From assembly GCA_963783435.1 (NCBI GenBank), contig CAWANQ010000014.1:105239-169238 (forward strand): 64,000 nucleotides of DNA, given 5' to 3'. The stretch comes from an uncultured Bacteroidota bacterium. GTDB lineage: Bacteria > Bacteroidota > Bacteroidia > Bacteroidales > GCA-2748055. A program made the translations under genes and the position numbers. The notes below the pieces were generated by a model. It was not told the DNA's origin. It made no database searches and saw only the letters and a program-made list of their open reading frames with translations. This document shows, one piece after another, positions 1 to 12,120 of the stretch. How positions within the stretch are numbered: the first letter of the stretch is position 1; each line of letters starts with the position of its first letter.

Positions 1-2694
1 GGAGGCAAAATCCTGACAGGTCAAATCGGAATGGGCATGTTTGTACCCAAAATACCATTCGGTTCCCCAACCTCCGGCCATAAAGGCTCCCCAGAGCCCA
101 TTGATGCGGGCATTGTTGTGTTCCGGATTCTCGGCATCGGGAAGAAGTGAATGCTGGGCATCACCGGGTTCATCCACTGCCACAGCCCACTGTTTCCCAG
201 CCTCTTTCGAGAGCTTGAGCCACTTTAGGGTCTGGGCGTGCACCCGGCTAAAATCTTGCTGGTTGGTCTGAAGGGAGATTCCCGAATACTTGCTGTCAGG
301 CCCCAGGATGTCATTAAATGGCGTACCATTGTGAATCACCACATGGTGGCGATAGGGATCGTGATCGAAGAAGTATTGAGCAGCAGCCAGCCGCTGAGCT
401 GTAAATAAGGGGGGAGTCTTTGGATTGCTTACCCAGTCCCCAATCTCTTCTCCAATGTTCCAGTTCAATGCCAGGTGGTGTCCGAAACGGGCCATTAATT
501 CACGGTAGTAAAGCTTTGTGTTTGCTCCAATGGCCCCATTGTCCAGCAAGCCCTGGTTTTCTGACTCCAGGGTTTTAAAATGTAAAAACATGCCCAGTTT
601 TTCGGCATGATCAAAAACAACTTCCCACTGATCCAGCTTGGAGCAATCGAAGCGGTCGTATCGGTTATAGTCCACATAGGGAAACACATTCTGATCGTCA
701 CCCACTATGTTGTTGGTTAAAAATGAGAAGGCATTCATTCCTTTGGAAGCGAGGTAGTTTACCGCCCCGATCATGGCCTTTCCCTTTCCATTTTGCCAGG
801 AAGGATCTCCTTCATTCCAGTGTGGGAGATGTGCTTCCCAGGTTTTTACCAGGTCGTCTTTGTGTCCATCATTGTGGAAGGTGCCGTCAAAATCAGCATA
901 AGCCAGAAAATTCTCAGGTGCATCGGGCCCCACCTTTAGCATGGGTTTGCCTGTTTCGGCAAACTTCAGATAGCGGGTTCCATCGTATTGCAACATTCCC
1001 TTTCCTCGCAAATCTTTACCGGACTTATCGGTGGCTGTAATGTCAAAAGTCCCTGAGGAGGTATCCATAAATCCTGCACTTGCTCCCGCATTGGAACGTT
1101 CACTGACAGCTACCCAGTTGCCTTTTCTGAAATCAACCTGGTAGGCCCAGCTCCCGGTTTCATCGGGAGCAAAGTGAACCCTCCATTTATTTCCGGAAGT
1201 GGCTGAAGTTTCGCCTGCATTTCCATCGGCCGCAAAATAGCCAGGAACCTTATAGGATTTACCACTTGCACTATGAGTGAAAGTCACATTGAAGCGGTAA
1301 TTCATAAAGGGACTGTATTCCTCCTCTTCGGAGACTTCGGGTCCATCGAAGGTAAGGGTCACCTTGTGCCATTTTTTAAGCTCTCCACTTAACTCCGGCT
1401 TCACATTGGTCAGGGAAGCTGCCGCAGCGACTGCTCCACCCACATTGTGGGCAGTACCCACCTCTTCCAGTGCCTGAAGGGCTTCTTTCCCTTTTCCCTG
1501 GGGAGTAAGGGCAATTCCACTCCATCGACCCCGGCTCCACTCTTGTCCATCTTTGCTACCCACTTCAGAAACCACTGTGATTGTTTCGCCCTTCTTGATC
1601 TCCACATTCTCAATCAGGTGTATGTATTTTACCCCTTCTTCAAAGGAATTTACGCTTAAGGGGTTCTTAAATTGTCCCAACTGTTTTTCATTGAGAGATA
1701 AGGTGTAGGTCGATCCTCCATCATTTTCACCCACTCCCAGAAACAGTATATCAAAAGTTCCATCATTGGCTGAATAAGTGGTGGAGGTGGCGGCTTTTTT
1801 GTGCTGATCCGGATTAATGGCCAGCCAGCTGTCGTTCAGATAAAAGTTGGTTCCCTCGATGGGGAATGCTGTGGCACGTAAGAGCTTTACACCCTGTGTA
1901 CTGTGTTCCACCGAGTAGAGAAAGGAAGGTTTAGAGGCCGGATCTTTTGTCACTACCGGAAAGGGTTTCGGCAAAGTGCCTGATGCCAGTTTTACATCGG
2001 GACCGACTCCCTCTGGTACATAGGCTTTGTATTGGTCAGCAGGAAGCGGTCGAATTCAAAGCCGTCCTCGCGCATGCTAAAGGTGATCTCCTGAACTCCG
2101 GCCTCTTCAATATCCAGGTAGATCAGATAGGGCTCTCCACAGTGAACTTCTTCGGTCCTCTGCTTGCTCTCCCATCGCCAGCTGTTTTTTCCCTCGCACC
2201 ATTGCAGACGTTGTCCGGTTTCAGGCCAGGTTCCATTCATACCCACATGTAAACCATTGTCTTCGGCACCTCCGCTGTAGGCCCGTGCCCACACATAATA
2301 CCTGCCAGGGGTTTCGAATTTCACCTTGTAGTGAAGAATGCCCATTTGTCCCGGCTTCATTGCTGAAATTTTCTCCTGCGGTTAAAACATCCCCATGGGT
2401 GACCCGGGTGTCGGGCAGGATCTCAATGTAAGCGTTGTTGCCTGCATCCTTGCAATGTGAACCATCCTCATCCCGGCCTACGTTCGTTGTTTTATCTTTT
2501 GCAGTGACATACCACTGACGTATTTCGCTTTTCGACTGCTTGTAGAAATACTCGGCCTCTACAGCCACCATTCCATCGGCCTCCTGGAAAACCACATCAT
2601 CGTCCACAATGGGATTTTGAAGGTTTTGGGCGAAGGCCGGATTTGAGCAAAGGGTAAAAGTGAAAAGCAGTAGCGTAAGACTTCTAAGCGTCAT
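1..2694 (-). CDS. Secreted multidomain DUF5060-type protein (putative glycan-active); several frameshifts; runs off the window edge
   Basis: Signal peptide MTLRSLTLLL...AFAQ; N-terminal domain AVEAEYF/YYVWARAY/MREDGFEFDRF (ORFs 2221-2694 and 1992-2360); at ~1400-1100 the minus strand reads ELSGELKKWHKVTLTFDGPE...VPGYFAADGNAGETSATSGNKWRVHFAPDETG, typical of DUF5060. Confidence 0.7.
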
Positions 2695-2748
2695 AATTTA
2701 AGGGTTTTGTGATATTGTAAGAATCTCAAGGAATACAAATCTAAAAAA

Positions 2749-5123
2749 TTATTCGGACCAAATAGATTCGGCCGGGTTGGCTGTGGCGGCTTTATAGGAT
2801 TGAAAACTGACCGTCAGGGCAGTGGGTATCAGTATAAGCAGAATGGTCCATATAAACACCAGGGGCCCCATTTCATATCGGTACACATAATTTTCCAACC
2901 AGTTCGACATTAAAAACCAGACAGCAGGAATGGAGATCACAAAGGATATAAGAACCAGAATGAAAAACTCCATGGTGATCAATCTGAGTACCCTTCCAAT
3001 GCTTGCCCCAAATACTTTTCTGACCCCGATTTCCCGGGTGCGTCGTTCGGTGGTGTAGGAGGCCAGTCCAAACAGCCCCAGACATGCGATAAAGATGGTT
3101 AAGATTGTAAAACCGGCAAATACCGCCCTTCTGTTCCGATCATTGCTGAATTGCTCCTTAAAATCATCTGCCAGGAAACTATATTCAAAAGGCTTTCCCT
3201 GGAATATCTCTTCCCATCTTTCCTGTATAAACCCAATGGAAGCCTCGGTGTTTTTTCCAGAAAGTTTTACATATATGATGGGAGATTCAAGCCTGTAAAC
3301 CAGCATCAGAGACTCCACTTCGTTGTACATCCCGGTCTGGTGATAATCTTTCATTACTCCCACAACCCTTCCCATAATCCGTCCGCCATCGCCCAGCTGA
3401 ACCCTTTTCCCGATGGGTTCATCCCAGTTGAGTCTTTCAGCCAGCGTTTCATTTACAACCACTCCGGAGAGGGTGTCCCCCATATAATCCAGGGAGAAAT
3501 CTCGTCCCTCTACCATCTCGATTCCCAGCGTCTCGGTAAAATCCTGATCCACCACCACAAAGTTAATACCGCGGGATTCCATCCCATTGGAGGTTTCCAT
3601 TTGAAAAATAGCCTTGCCCGAACCTTCTCCGATAGGTGTGTTCGTCAGTGCTGGCGTAATTGATCAGATGGATTTTCCAGCAGCTGCTCTTTTAATAGCT
3701 TCATATTGGATGCGGGTTCATTGTCGGGTAACTGCATGGTGATTACCTCATCCATATTCCATCCCTGATCTTTACTTTGCATATAATCGAGCTGGTTGAT
3801 CACCACCATGGTACAGGCGATCATTACTCCTGATATGGTAAATTGTATAACGGTAAGTACTTTACGAAAGATTCCCTTTGAAGTGCCCGATTGTGTGATT
3901 CCTTTCATCACCATCACAGGAGAGAACCTGGAGAGATAAACCGCAGGATAGCTTCCACCCAGAATCCCAACAATGATTATAATCCCCAGAAAACTTAGAA
4001 TGGCTATGGGGCGGCTCAAAACCTCCAGCGAAAAACTCTTACCTGATAGCATATTCAGCTGGGGTAATGCAATGATAATGAGCCCAATACTTAAAACGAC
4101 CGAAATGAAAGTCAGCAGGGTAGATTCTGCCAGAAATTGAGTGATAAGCATCCTTCGGCTTGAACCAATGACTTTTCTCAGGCTGATCTCTTTGGCCCTT
4201 TTGGCCGATCGGGCTGTGGCCAGGTTGATATAGTTTAAGGTGGCAATCAGGATCAGAAAGAAGGCTACGATGCTGAAGATAATTACATACTGTATACTAC
4301 CAGTGGGTTGGGGTTCGCCTGCATTGTCAGAGTGGAGATGGATGCGGGTCAGTTGCATCAACTCGTATTCAACGGTGATTCCAATGCTCTCAAAGATGGT
4401 GGCCATATAGAGATCGTACATCTCCTTTAGCTTTTCCTGAAACTGAACTGCATCTTCACCCTCCTGAAGTAAGAGGTAGGTAAATACACCAAAATTGCCC
4501 CAGCTGCCCATCTGCTGGGGGAGACTGTTTCGGGAGACCAGTCCATCGAAAAGCACATGTGAATGTCTGGGTACATCTTCAATCACGGCAGTGATGGTAT
4601 AGATTTCTTCGCCCACGGTCAATGAGTTCCCCACGGCCTTATCTCCACCAAAATACCTGTGGGCCATGGTTTCTGTAAGGACAATGGAATTCGGTTGATC
4701 CAGTGCCCCTGAGGTATTCCCTTCCAGCGCTTTATAGGTAAAAATGTCAAAGAAAGTGGAATCGGCATAGTAGACATCCTCCTCTGTAAACTCAATGGCT
4801 TCATTCTTGAAGAGTGCCCGCTGGAAATTGAAGAGCCTGGTGTAGTTCTCCACCTCGGCATAATCGTCCTTCACCTGGGGGGCAAAGGGCATTTGGGCCA
4901 CTATCCAGGTAAACTCATCGTCGGTCTCGGTGATGTGGGATTGCACCCTGTAGATTCGATCCCCATTTTTATGGTAGCGGTCAAAACTAAGTTCATCCGA
5001 CACATAAAGGATAAGAAAAATGGCGCTGGTGATTCCCAGGGTCATCCCCAGGATATTCAGGAAGCTGTACCCGAATTTGTGGGTGATGTTTCTGAATGCG
5101 TTCTTTAGCAGGCTCTTAAACAT
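2749..5123 (-). CDS. ABC transporter permease, MacB/FtsX family (one frameshift near 3600-3650)
   Basis: NILGMTLGIT...DELSFD, NYINLATARSAKRAKEISLRKVIGS, IACLGLFGLASYTTERRTREIGVRKVFGA and a C-terminal AATANPAES; ORFs 3645-5123 and 2749-3600 join. Confidence 0.9.
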
Positions 5124-5133
5124 AAGTTGGCTT

Positions 5134-5978
5134 TTATTCCTTACAAGTGGTGGTGAAATAGACGTTGGGACTGTATTCCGACAAGAGGATCACCCCCGGA
5201 GGCGGAAATGGGGTAGTCCAGACGCAAACTTCGTAAATTGTAGCCATATTATCAACTCCAAGTATCACTATACCTGTATTTCCGGAAACATCCAGGTTCC
5301 GTGAGCTGGTTCCCGCAGGTGATCAGTTTGGTCAAAGCGGTATTGTTCGATACATCCATCAAGGTGAGCAGGTTGTTGTTAACCATCAGTTTGCTAAGTG
5401 AGCTGTTGAGAGAAACATCCAGCGTTTCTATCCGATTTCGTCCACAACTGACTTCCCGAAGGGCCGGGTTTTTAGACAGGTCCAGAGAGGTGAGCCTGTT
5501 TTCCGAACAATACAGAATCTCCAGGGCTGGACTTAATGGATAGATCCAGGTGGGTGAGGGCATTACTCATGGAAGCACCGCCCGAACAATCCAGATGCCT
5601 CAAATGAGGATTGTGACTCACATCCAGTTGGTTTAATTCACAACCGGTGCAACTTAGATATTTCAATGAGATGTTGCCAGAGAGATCCAGACTTGATATT
5701 GGATTCATAAGAATCATCAGTGAATCCAGATTTATAAAGGCTTCTAATCCGCTTAAATCAGAGATGCTGGAAGGGGACAATCTGATGGAAGTGGTGGCTT
5801 CTGCTTCCGGATAGCTGATCAATCCGTCTCCATTCTTATCCACTCCTTCCTCCACAAGTGCATGTAGAAATTCTGTATCCGGAATAGAAACAATCTCTTC
5901 CGGGTCGGACTGGCAGCAATGAAGCAGGATCCCCAGAGGTATAAAAAAGAGAAAAAGGAAGCGAGGAGTCAGACTCAT
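5134..5978 (-). CDS. Leucine-rich-repeat lipoprotein (internalin-like LRR), frameshifted
   Basis: Lipobox-like LLHCC; IPDTEFLHAL cap; repeated LxxLxCxxNxLxxLDLSxN; C-terminal EVCVWTTPFPP...SPNVYFTTTCKE with stop at 5134-5136. Confidence 0.75.
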
Positions 5979-5979
5979 T

Positions 5980-6237
5980 CTATTTTATATCCCTGATCTT
6001 CATCGAAATAACCTCTCCGCTCTCTGCCTCCATTTTGAAGATCTTATATCTTAGCGATTTACCCACCAGGAGGGAGCTTGCCACGGAATTGGAAACTCCC
6101 TCATAGCTCAAAGTGATGAGCCAATGGGTTTTATCATCGGTAAGTTCCACCTCTTCCAGTTGCACTTTCTCTGCATCAGGAAAGAAGGAAGCCAGATATG
6201 TTTTGGCCTTATTGGTGGCCTCGCTTACATCGATCAT
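5980..6237 (-). CDS. Small hypothetical protein (~85 aa)
   Basis: MIDVSEATNKAKTYL...LEEVEL...WLITLSY...GEVISMKIR; packed between rubrerythrin and the LRR gene; ATG at 6237. Confidence 0.7.
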   Translation of the reverse strand: MIDVSEATNKAKTYLASFFPDAEKVQLEEVELTDDKTHWLITLSYEGVSNSVASSLLVGKSLRYKIFKMEAESGEVISMKIRDIK

Positions 6238-6245
6238 AGTGATAT

Positions 6246-6824
6246 TTAGTAATCCTCTTCTTTTAACTTCATATAGGATTGCGGGTGCTGGCAGGCAGGG
6301 CAATTTTCCAGGGCCTTCTCAGATTCATATACATATCCGCATACCATGCATTTCCACCACACTTTTCCATCCTTAATGAAGACTTTGTCTTCAGAAACAT
6401 TCTGTAGCAACCTCAGATAGCGGGCCTCATGTTCGGCTTCTACTTTGGCGATCATTTTAAAAGCGGTGGCCACCTGGGGGAATCCCTCCTCCCTGGCAAT
6501 TTCGGCAAAGGCAGGATAGAGGTCGGTCCACTCTTCATTCTCGCCTTCAGCTGCAGCTTTTAAGTTTTCCTTTGTAGTTCCCACAATGCCTGCGGGATAG
6601 GTAGCAGTAATCTCCACCATACCCCCTTCAAGAAATTTGAAGAATCTTTTGGCATGAGCCTGCTCCTCTTTGGCTGTTTGCATAAATATGGCAGAAATCT
6701 GCTCAAATCCCTCTTTTTTTGCCTGCTTGGCAAAGAACTCATAGCGATTTTTTGCCTGGGATTCGCCTGCAAAAGCTTTTAATAAATTTTGTTCAGTCCG
6801 GGTTCCTTTCAGTGAATTTTCCAT
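6246..6824 (-). CDS. rbr: Rubrerythrin
   Basis: NLLKAFAGESQAKNRY, EEQAHAKRF, EAEHEARY di-iron motifs; C-terminal CMVCG...CPAC rubredoxin-like domain. Confidence 0.95.
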   Translation of the reverse strand: MENSLKGTRTEQNLLKAFAGESQAKNRYEFFAKQAKKEGFEQISAIFMQTAKEEQAHAKRFFKFLEGGMVEITATYPAGIVGTTKENLKAAAEGENEEWTDLYPAFAEIAREEGFPQVATAFKMIAKVEAEHEARYLRLLQNVSEDKVFIKDGKVWWKCMVCGYVYESEKALENCPACQHPQSYMKLKEEDY

Positions 6825-6838
6825 AATTAATTGAATAT

Positions 6839-7516
6839 TTAAAGTTTTACAAAATCTTCTTTTTCTGCGCCGCAAAGAGGACAGATCCAATCGTCGGGAA
6901 GATCTTCAAACCGAATCCCCTCTTTCTCCTCGTCATAAATATAACCGCAAGCCGCGCATCCATAACTGGCATACTCCTTTTCTGCGGGCTTCTTTTGCAG
7001 TTTGGATTTATCAATATAGGTGGGGGCATTTTTAGGAGCCACACCTTTTCTGACCTTTCTGTAATGAAGGTAGGTAAGAGGATCCAGTGACTCGTCAATT
7101 ACCTCCGCCTGAACCAACTCACCGATAAACATCAGATGAGTACCCACATCGTAGGTCTCTGTTACCCTGCATTCCAGGTAGGCAATGGCGTCGTCCAGAA
7201 CAATGGGTACCCCTGTTTCACCAAACCGAACATTCATTTTTTCAAGTTTGTTGGAGTCTTTCCCGCTTTTGTACCCAAAGGTCCCAATGGTTGCAGGTCC
7301 GGCATCAAGGCTCAGCACAGAGACTGAGAAAAGTCCGCTGGACTGAACTAGCCCTGCCGTATGATTGTCTTTATTACAGCAGGTGGCAAATCGCGGAGGA
7401 TCTGAAGTTACCTGAAAAACGGTATTGGATATATATCCATTACCGTAATCTTTTGAGCCTGAAGCTACTACATACAGGCCATATGAAATTTTAAAAAGCG
7501 CCTCGTAGTTGATCAT
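6839..7516 (-). CDS. Flavin reductase-rubredoxin fusion (high-molecular-weight rubredoxin)
   Basis: [12 protein letters not shown]...FGYKSG...[10 protein letters not shown] flavin reductase domain; CAACGYIYD...[14 protein letters not shown] rubredoxin. Confidence 0.9.
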   Translation of the reverse strand: MINYEALFKISYGLYVVASGSKDYGNGYISNTVFQVTSDPPRFATCCNKDNHTAGLVQSSGLFSVSVLSLDAGPATIGTFGYKSGKDSNKLEKMNVRFGETGVPIVLDDAIAYLECRVTETYDVGTHLMFIGELVQAEVIDESLDPLTYLHYRKVRKGVAPKNAPTYIDKSKLQKKPAEKEYASYGCAACGYIYDEEKEGIRFEDLPDDWICPLCGAEKEDFVKL

Positions 7517-7783
7517 GTTGGGATTTTTTTGAGATATATAAATTTAGTTTATTAGCTCCAGAGCCCCAAGGGCTGGAGCACTTCTGATCTTTGAAACCAG
7601 GCAATTTATAGTGAATCTAAAAGGGATAGAATACCAGTCATTAAAACAATATGGCATAAGGCTCGTATACAGAGCTTAATTCTAAGCGATCAAATTAAAT
7701 GTTATTGAAGTGAACGTTTTACTTATTATCTTAGCAGGTGTTTCTTAATTTAGAGTGAAAGCGCTTTCACCGAAGATCCGGAT

Positions 7784-9193
7784 ATGATTAAATATTACCT
7801 GGTCGTTTTTTTAACAGTTTCTTTGATCTCGGTAGGGATTCTCCTGCTGAAGAATCCCTTTTTCATATTTGCCAATGCTACAGCTAATTTACTGAACAGC
7901 ATGTTGGGATCCAGAAAGACGGAGTCAACCAAACAAATCAATCTGATACAAAGCCTTGGAAATCTGCTCCCTAAGTTTGGACTATTGCTCTTTTTCTTAG
8001 CGATGACCATAGGTGTTTCATTAATCCCAATTGTGGTTTATCTCGAATACAATCCCGAGAAATCGATCCAAACCCTGGATATGCGATCCATCTACTTTTT
8101 CCTGAGTGTAATTCTGGGAAGCGTGGCTTTATTTTTAGTTCCATGGGCAAACAGGAACAAGGAAGGAGACTATACAGGATGGTCCATGCTTCTTCACCGC
8201 ATGATTTTGGAGAATTACAACATATCCGCGGCTCTTTTCAGACTGGAGAAGAAAATCTACAAGAAGAGGCTCCAAAAGACAGATGGTAATTTTGTGATTG
8301 TCACAGGTTTAGCAAGGGGGGGGAGCATGACCCTGACAAACTTGCTTTTTGAGTCTAAAAAGTTTCATTCACTCTCCTATGACAACATGCCGTTTCTGCT
8401 ATCTGTAAATTTATGGAGAAAGCGACACCGCCCCGGGAAAAGTAAATTGAAGGAGAGAGCCCATGGGGATAACAATATGTTTGGCTATAAGACCATCGAG
8501 GCACTGGAGGAATACTTTTTCAAAGTTTTCTTAAATGATGCCTATATCAAAAATAAGATTCTGGTAGAGCATGAAGTGGATCAAAGGACCTACGAGGACT
8601 ATTTGATATACCAGAAACTGATTGGTATGAAAAGTAAGGATAGTACATACCTGGCCAAGAACAACAATCTGATTCTGAGATATAAATCTTTAAGGGCTCT
8701 AAATCCCGAATTTAGGATATTACTTGTTTTTAGAAATCCGGTTGCACATGCCTATTCCTTACTGAATCAGCACGATCGTTATTGTGATATGCATGAGGCG
8801 GATCCATTTACATTGGAGTATGTGAACTGGCTGGGGCACCATGAGTTTGGTCTAAATCATAAAGTTTTTGATCTGGAATTGAGGGATTTATGTGATGGGT
8901 ATGAGGACTCTTCAATCAATTACTGGCTGGCTATATGGATCAGCTATTATTCGCATGTACTGACTTTCCCTGAAGATGATCACCTTCATTTAATCGACTA
9001 TTCGGATCTGTGTGCTAAGCCTGTGGAGTTAGCGGGTATCCTGGGTGCTGCTTTAAATCTCGACCTGTCGATGGGTGAAAGAGAGCCCTTTGCTGAAAGG
9101 GACCCGAAAGATCTCGACATAGACCCTGATCTGCTCGAGAGGGCAAAAGCCCTCCATCAGGATCTGAAAAAACGTAAGATGGAAATTAGGTAG
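7784..9193 (+). CDS. Membrane-anchored sulfotransferase family protein
   Basis: Three N-terminal hydrophobic segments; 5'-PSB-like VTGLARGGS; [11 protein letters not shown]; 3'-PB-like [10 protein letters not shown]; adjacent to cysN/cysD. Confidence 0.8.
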   Translation: MIKYYLVVFLTVSLISVGILLLKNPFFIFANATANLLNSMLGSRKTESTKQINLIQSLGNLLPKFGLLLFFLAMTIGVSLIPIVVYLEYNPEKSIQTLDMRSIYFFLSVILGSVALFLVPWANRNKEGDYTGWSMLLHRMILENYNISAALFRLEKKIYKKRLQKTDGNFVIVTGLARGGSMTLTNLLFESKKFHSLSYDNMPFLLSVNLWRKRHRPGKSKLKERAHGDNNMFGYKTIEALEEYFFKVFLNDAYIKNKILVEHEVDQRTYEDYLIYQKLIGMKSKDSTYLAKNNNLILRYKSLRALNPEFRILLVFRNPVAHAYSLLNQHDRYCDMHEADPFTLEYVNWLGHHEFGLNHKVFDLELRDLCDGYEDSSINYWLAIWISYYSHVLTFPEDDHLHLIDYSDLCAKPVELAGILGAALNLDLSMGEREPFAERDPKDLDIDPDLLERAKALHQDLKKRKMEIR

Positions 9194-11108
9194 CAGGGAA
9201 AATCTTCTTTTTTGCCAGGTAAGAAGTGATCAACTCCAGGTTATCCCCACCTGATTTACATGTTATCACAGCATTCGCAGGTTTTTCATAAGGAATATCC
9301 ACACCTGGCAGTCCCGAAATTTTCCCCTCATCGCAGAGCTTATACAATTCAGGCTTATTCTTTTTGCTGAATTCCAGATCTGAGTCCATGTAGATCAGGT
9401 GGAAAAGGTCATCACCAATGATCTCACCTACCTGATTACGCACCTCCTCATCGGGAGAAATAAATGAGCAAATGGTAATGATGCCCTGGCTATTCAATAT
9501 TTTACAGATGTGTGCCACCCGCCTGAGGTGTTCGGTACGATCGGTGGGTGAAAAATCCAGTTCTCTGGATAATCCCGACCTGATGGTAAATCCATCGATA
9601 AGGACTACGGTGGCCCCAAGATCAAACAGTGTTTTTTCAAGTGAGTAAGCCAGGTCGTTCTTTCCGGAACCATGCAGACCTGTAAGCCACAGGGTCCCCG
9701 CTTTCTGATTATATCGTTTTGTATATTCTGATCGATTGATTAAACCCTGCCCGCGCTCAATCTTCTCTTTGGCCTCCAGGGTGATTTTTGATGGCAGGTC
9801 CTTTGGATCCACCTTGTCGATAATCATACCAACGGCCACAGTGTTGTTGGTCAGCGGATCTATCAGTATAAATGAGCCGGTCTGCCTGTTTCTCCTGTAA
9901 GGATCAAAGAAGAGAGGTTTTGTAGTGGTTAAAATGACCCTTCCAATTCCATTCAACTCCAGCAAATCCACTTCTGCTTTCTCCAGGGTATTTACATCCA
10001 CCCTGTACCTGATCTTATCTATGCGGGCCCGGGTAACCTGGGTGGTATGTTTGATATAGAACTGGGTAGACAGATCGAGATTCTCTTCGTTCATCCATAC
10101 AAGCATGGCTTCAAAATGACGCTCTGTTCTTGGAAGGTTATCAGGATGAACAATCATTTCCCCTCGTGAGATATCAATCTCATCCTCCAGGGTAATGGTC
10201 ACCCCACTGGGTGTGTGGGCTTTTTCAAGTTCACCTTCGTAGGTAATAATACTTTTCACCCTGGATTGTTTTCGGGAAGGAAGGGCAATAACCGGATCTC
10301 CCTTGCGTATCAGTCCCGAAGATATTTTCCCCGAGAATCCCCTGAAATCGAGGTCAGGCCGCAGCACATACTGGACCGGGAATCGGAAGTCGGCGTAGTT
10401 GTTGTCGCTGCTTACATGTACATTTTCCAGGAATTCCAATACGCAGCTTCCGTGATACCAGGGCATCTGGGTTGACAGGTCCACCACATTGTCTCCATTC
10501 AGGGCAGAAATGGGAATGAAGTCCACATCAGGAATATCGAGCTGGGTTACAAATGCCCGGTAGTCCGCACAGATGGCATCAAACCTATCCTGGCTATAAT
10601 CCACCAGGTCCATCTTATTCACAGCAAGCAATACATGTTTAATCCCAAGCAGAGAGATCAGATAGGTGTGTCTCCGTGTCTGGGTGATCACCCCCTTGGT
10701 GGCATCCAGGAGGATGATGGCCAGGTTGGCCGTGGAGCCTCCTGTGATCATATTTCTGGTATACTGTTCATGTCCGGGTGTATCTGCAATGATAAATTTC
10801 CGCTTGTTTGTGCTAAAATATCTGTAGGCCACATCAATGGTGATTCCCTGTTCTCTTTCAGCCTTCAGACCATCCAGAAGCAGTGCATAATCGATTTCAC
10901 CTCCTGCATGGCCCTCCTTAACACTATCTCTTTCAAGGGCATCCAGCTGGTCCTCATAAAGTTTCTTGCTATCGAACAACAAGCGTCCGATCAGGGTAGA
11001 TTTTCCATCGTCCACTGATCCAGCGGTAAGAAAGCGCAACAGGTCCTTTTTTTCATCTCTGTCAAGAAACTCCTGAATATTGTTCTTTTGATTTTTATCT
11101 TCGGTCAT
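9186..11108 (-). CDS. cysN: Sulfate adenylyltransferase subunit 1 fused to an APS-kinase-like domain (CysN/CysC)
   Basis: [42 protein letters not shown] GTPase motifs; C-terminal [11 protein letters not shown]...FISP...PYEKP. Confidence 0.95.
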   Translation of the reverse strand: MTEDKNQKNNIQEFLDRDEKKDLLRFLTAGSVDDGKSTLIGRLLFDSKKLYEDQLDALERDSVKEGHAGGEIDYALLLDGLKAEREQGITIDVAYRYFSTNKRKFIIADTPGHEQYTRNMITGGSTANLAIILLDATKGVITQTRRHTYLISLLGIKHVLLAVNKMDLVDYSQDRFDAICADYRAFVTQLDIPDVDFIPISALNGDNVVDLSTQMPWYHGSCVLEFLENVHVSSDNNYADFRFPVQYVLRPDLDFRGFSGKISSGLIRKGDPVIALPSRKQSRVKSIITYEGELEKAHTPSGVTITLEDEIDISRGEMIVHPDNLPRTERHFEAMLVWMNEENLDLSTQFYIKHTTQVTRARIDKIRYRVDVNTLEKAEVDLLELNGIGRVILTTTKPLFFDPYRRNRQTGSFILIDPLTNNTVAVGMIIDKVDPKDLPSKITLEAKEKIERGQGLINRSEYTKRYNQKAGTLWLTGLHGSGKNDLAYSLEKTLFDLGATVVLIDGFTIRSGLSRELDFSPTDRTEHLRRVAHICKILNSQGIITICSFISPDEEVRNQVGEIIGDDLFHLIYMDSDLEFSKKNKPELYKLCDEGKISGLPGVDIPYEKPANAVITCKSGGDNLELITSYLAKKKIFPAT

Positions 11109-11132
11109 TTTAATAATATTAGAAATATGTAC

Positions 11133-12041
11133 CTAGAAGTATCCTTCCCTCTTTTTCTGTTCCATACTGGCTTCCTGGTCAAAATCAATGACCCGGGTGG
11201 TCCTTTCAGATACTTTGGCGAGCATCATCTCTTCAACAATCTTTTCCAGTGTGTCTGCCTCCGATTCTACGGCACCGGTAAGTGGATAACAACCCAGGGT
11301 TCTGAAACGAACCATTTTCATTTCTGCTCTCTTTCTCAATTCATCGGGCATCCGTTCATCATCTGCCATAACGAGGGTTCCATCCATGTTCACCACAGGT
11401 CTCTCCTTTGCAAAATAGAGCGGGACAATGGTAATCTTCTCAAGCCGAATGTATTGCCAGATATCCAGCTCGGTCCAGTTGGATATGGGAAATACCCTGA
11501 TGGATTCACCCTTATGAATCCGTGCATTGTAATTGTCCCATAGCTCGGGACGCTGGTTTTTTGGATCCCACTGGTGGTATTGATCTCTGAAGGAGTAGAT
11601 ACGCTCCTTGGCACGAGATTTCTCTTCATCCCTACGGGCACCTCCAAAGGCTGCATCGAACTTATATTTGCTTAGTCCTTCAAGCAGTGCCTGTGTTTTC
11701 ATTACATCAGTATGAACCTTGCTTCCATGGGTAAAAGGTCCAATGCCTTTTTCAAATCCTTCTTTATTGTAATGTACGATCAGGTCCCAGTTTTTTTCAG
11801 CAGCATAATTATCCCGAAAGTTGATCATTTCGCGAAACTTCCATTTGGAGTCTATATGCATCAGAGGGAAGGGAACCTTTGCCGGATAGAAAGCTTTTTC
11901 AGCCAGTCTGACCATCACAGAGGAGTCTTTCCCAATTGAATAAAGCATCACCGGATTTTCAAATTCCGCTGCTACTTCACGTATGATATGAATTGCTTCC
12001 GCCTCAAGCTCCCGCAAATTTGTAAGTCTGTAATCTTCCAT
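11133..12041 (-). CDS. cysD: Sulfate adenylyltransferase subunit 2
   Basis: [57 protein letters not shown]. Confidence 0.97.
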   Translation of the reverse strand: MEDYRLTNLRELEAEAIHIIREVAAEFENPVMLYSIGKDSSVMVRLAEKAFYPAKVPFPLMHIDSKWKFREMINFRDNYAAEKNWDLIVHYNKEGFEKGIGPFTHGSKVHTDVMKTQALLEGLSKYKFDAAFGGARRDEEKSRAKERIYSFRDQYHQWDPKNQRPELWDNYNARIHKGESIRVFPISNWTELDIWQYIRLEKITIVPLYFAKERPVVNMDGTLVMADDERMPDELRKRAEMKMVRFRTLGCYPLTGAVESEADTLEKIVEEMMLAKVSERTTRVIDFDQEASMEQKKREGYF

Positions 12042-12120
12042 CCCGAAAACTAAGAAATCTTTGGCTTATTTCATATCTTTATTTGTTCACAGTCCTAGAA
12101 AACATTGCGGAATCATCCAT

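Noticed and set aside
41-2252. Short plus-strand ORFs (41-271, 723-1040, 1447-1659, 1947-2252) and similar short ORFs throughout the track
   Set aside because: They overlap well-supported genes on the opposite strand or in another frame and lack motifs.
7554-7579. GC-rich hairpin GCTCCAGAGCCC-CAA-GGGCTGGAGC upstream of the rubredoxin fusion
   Set aside because: Single copy between divergent genes with no U-tract or recognisable RNA motif; no function can be supported.
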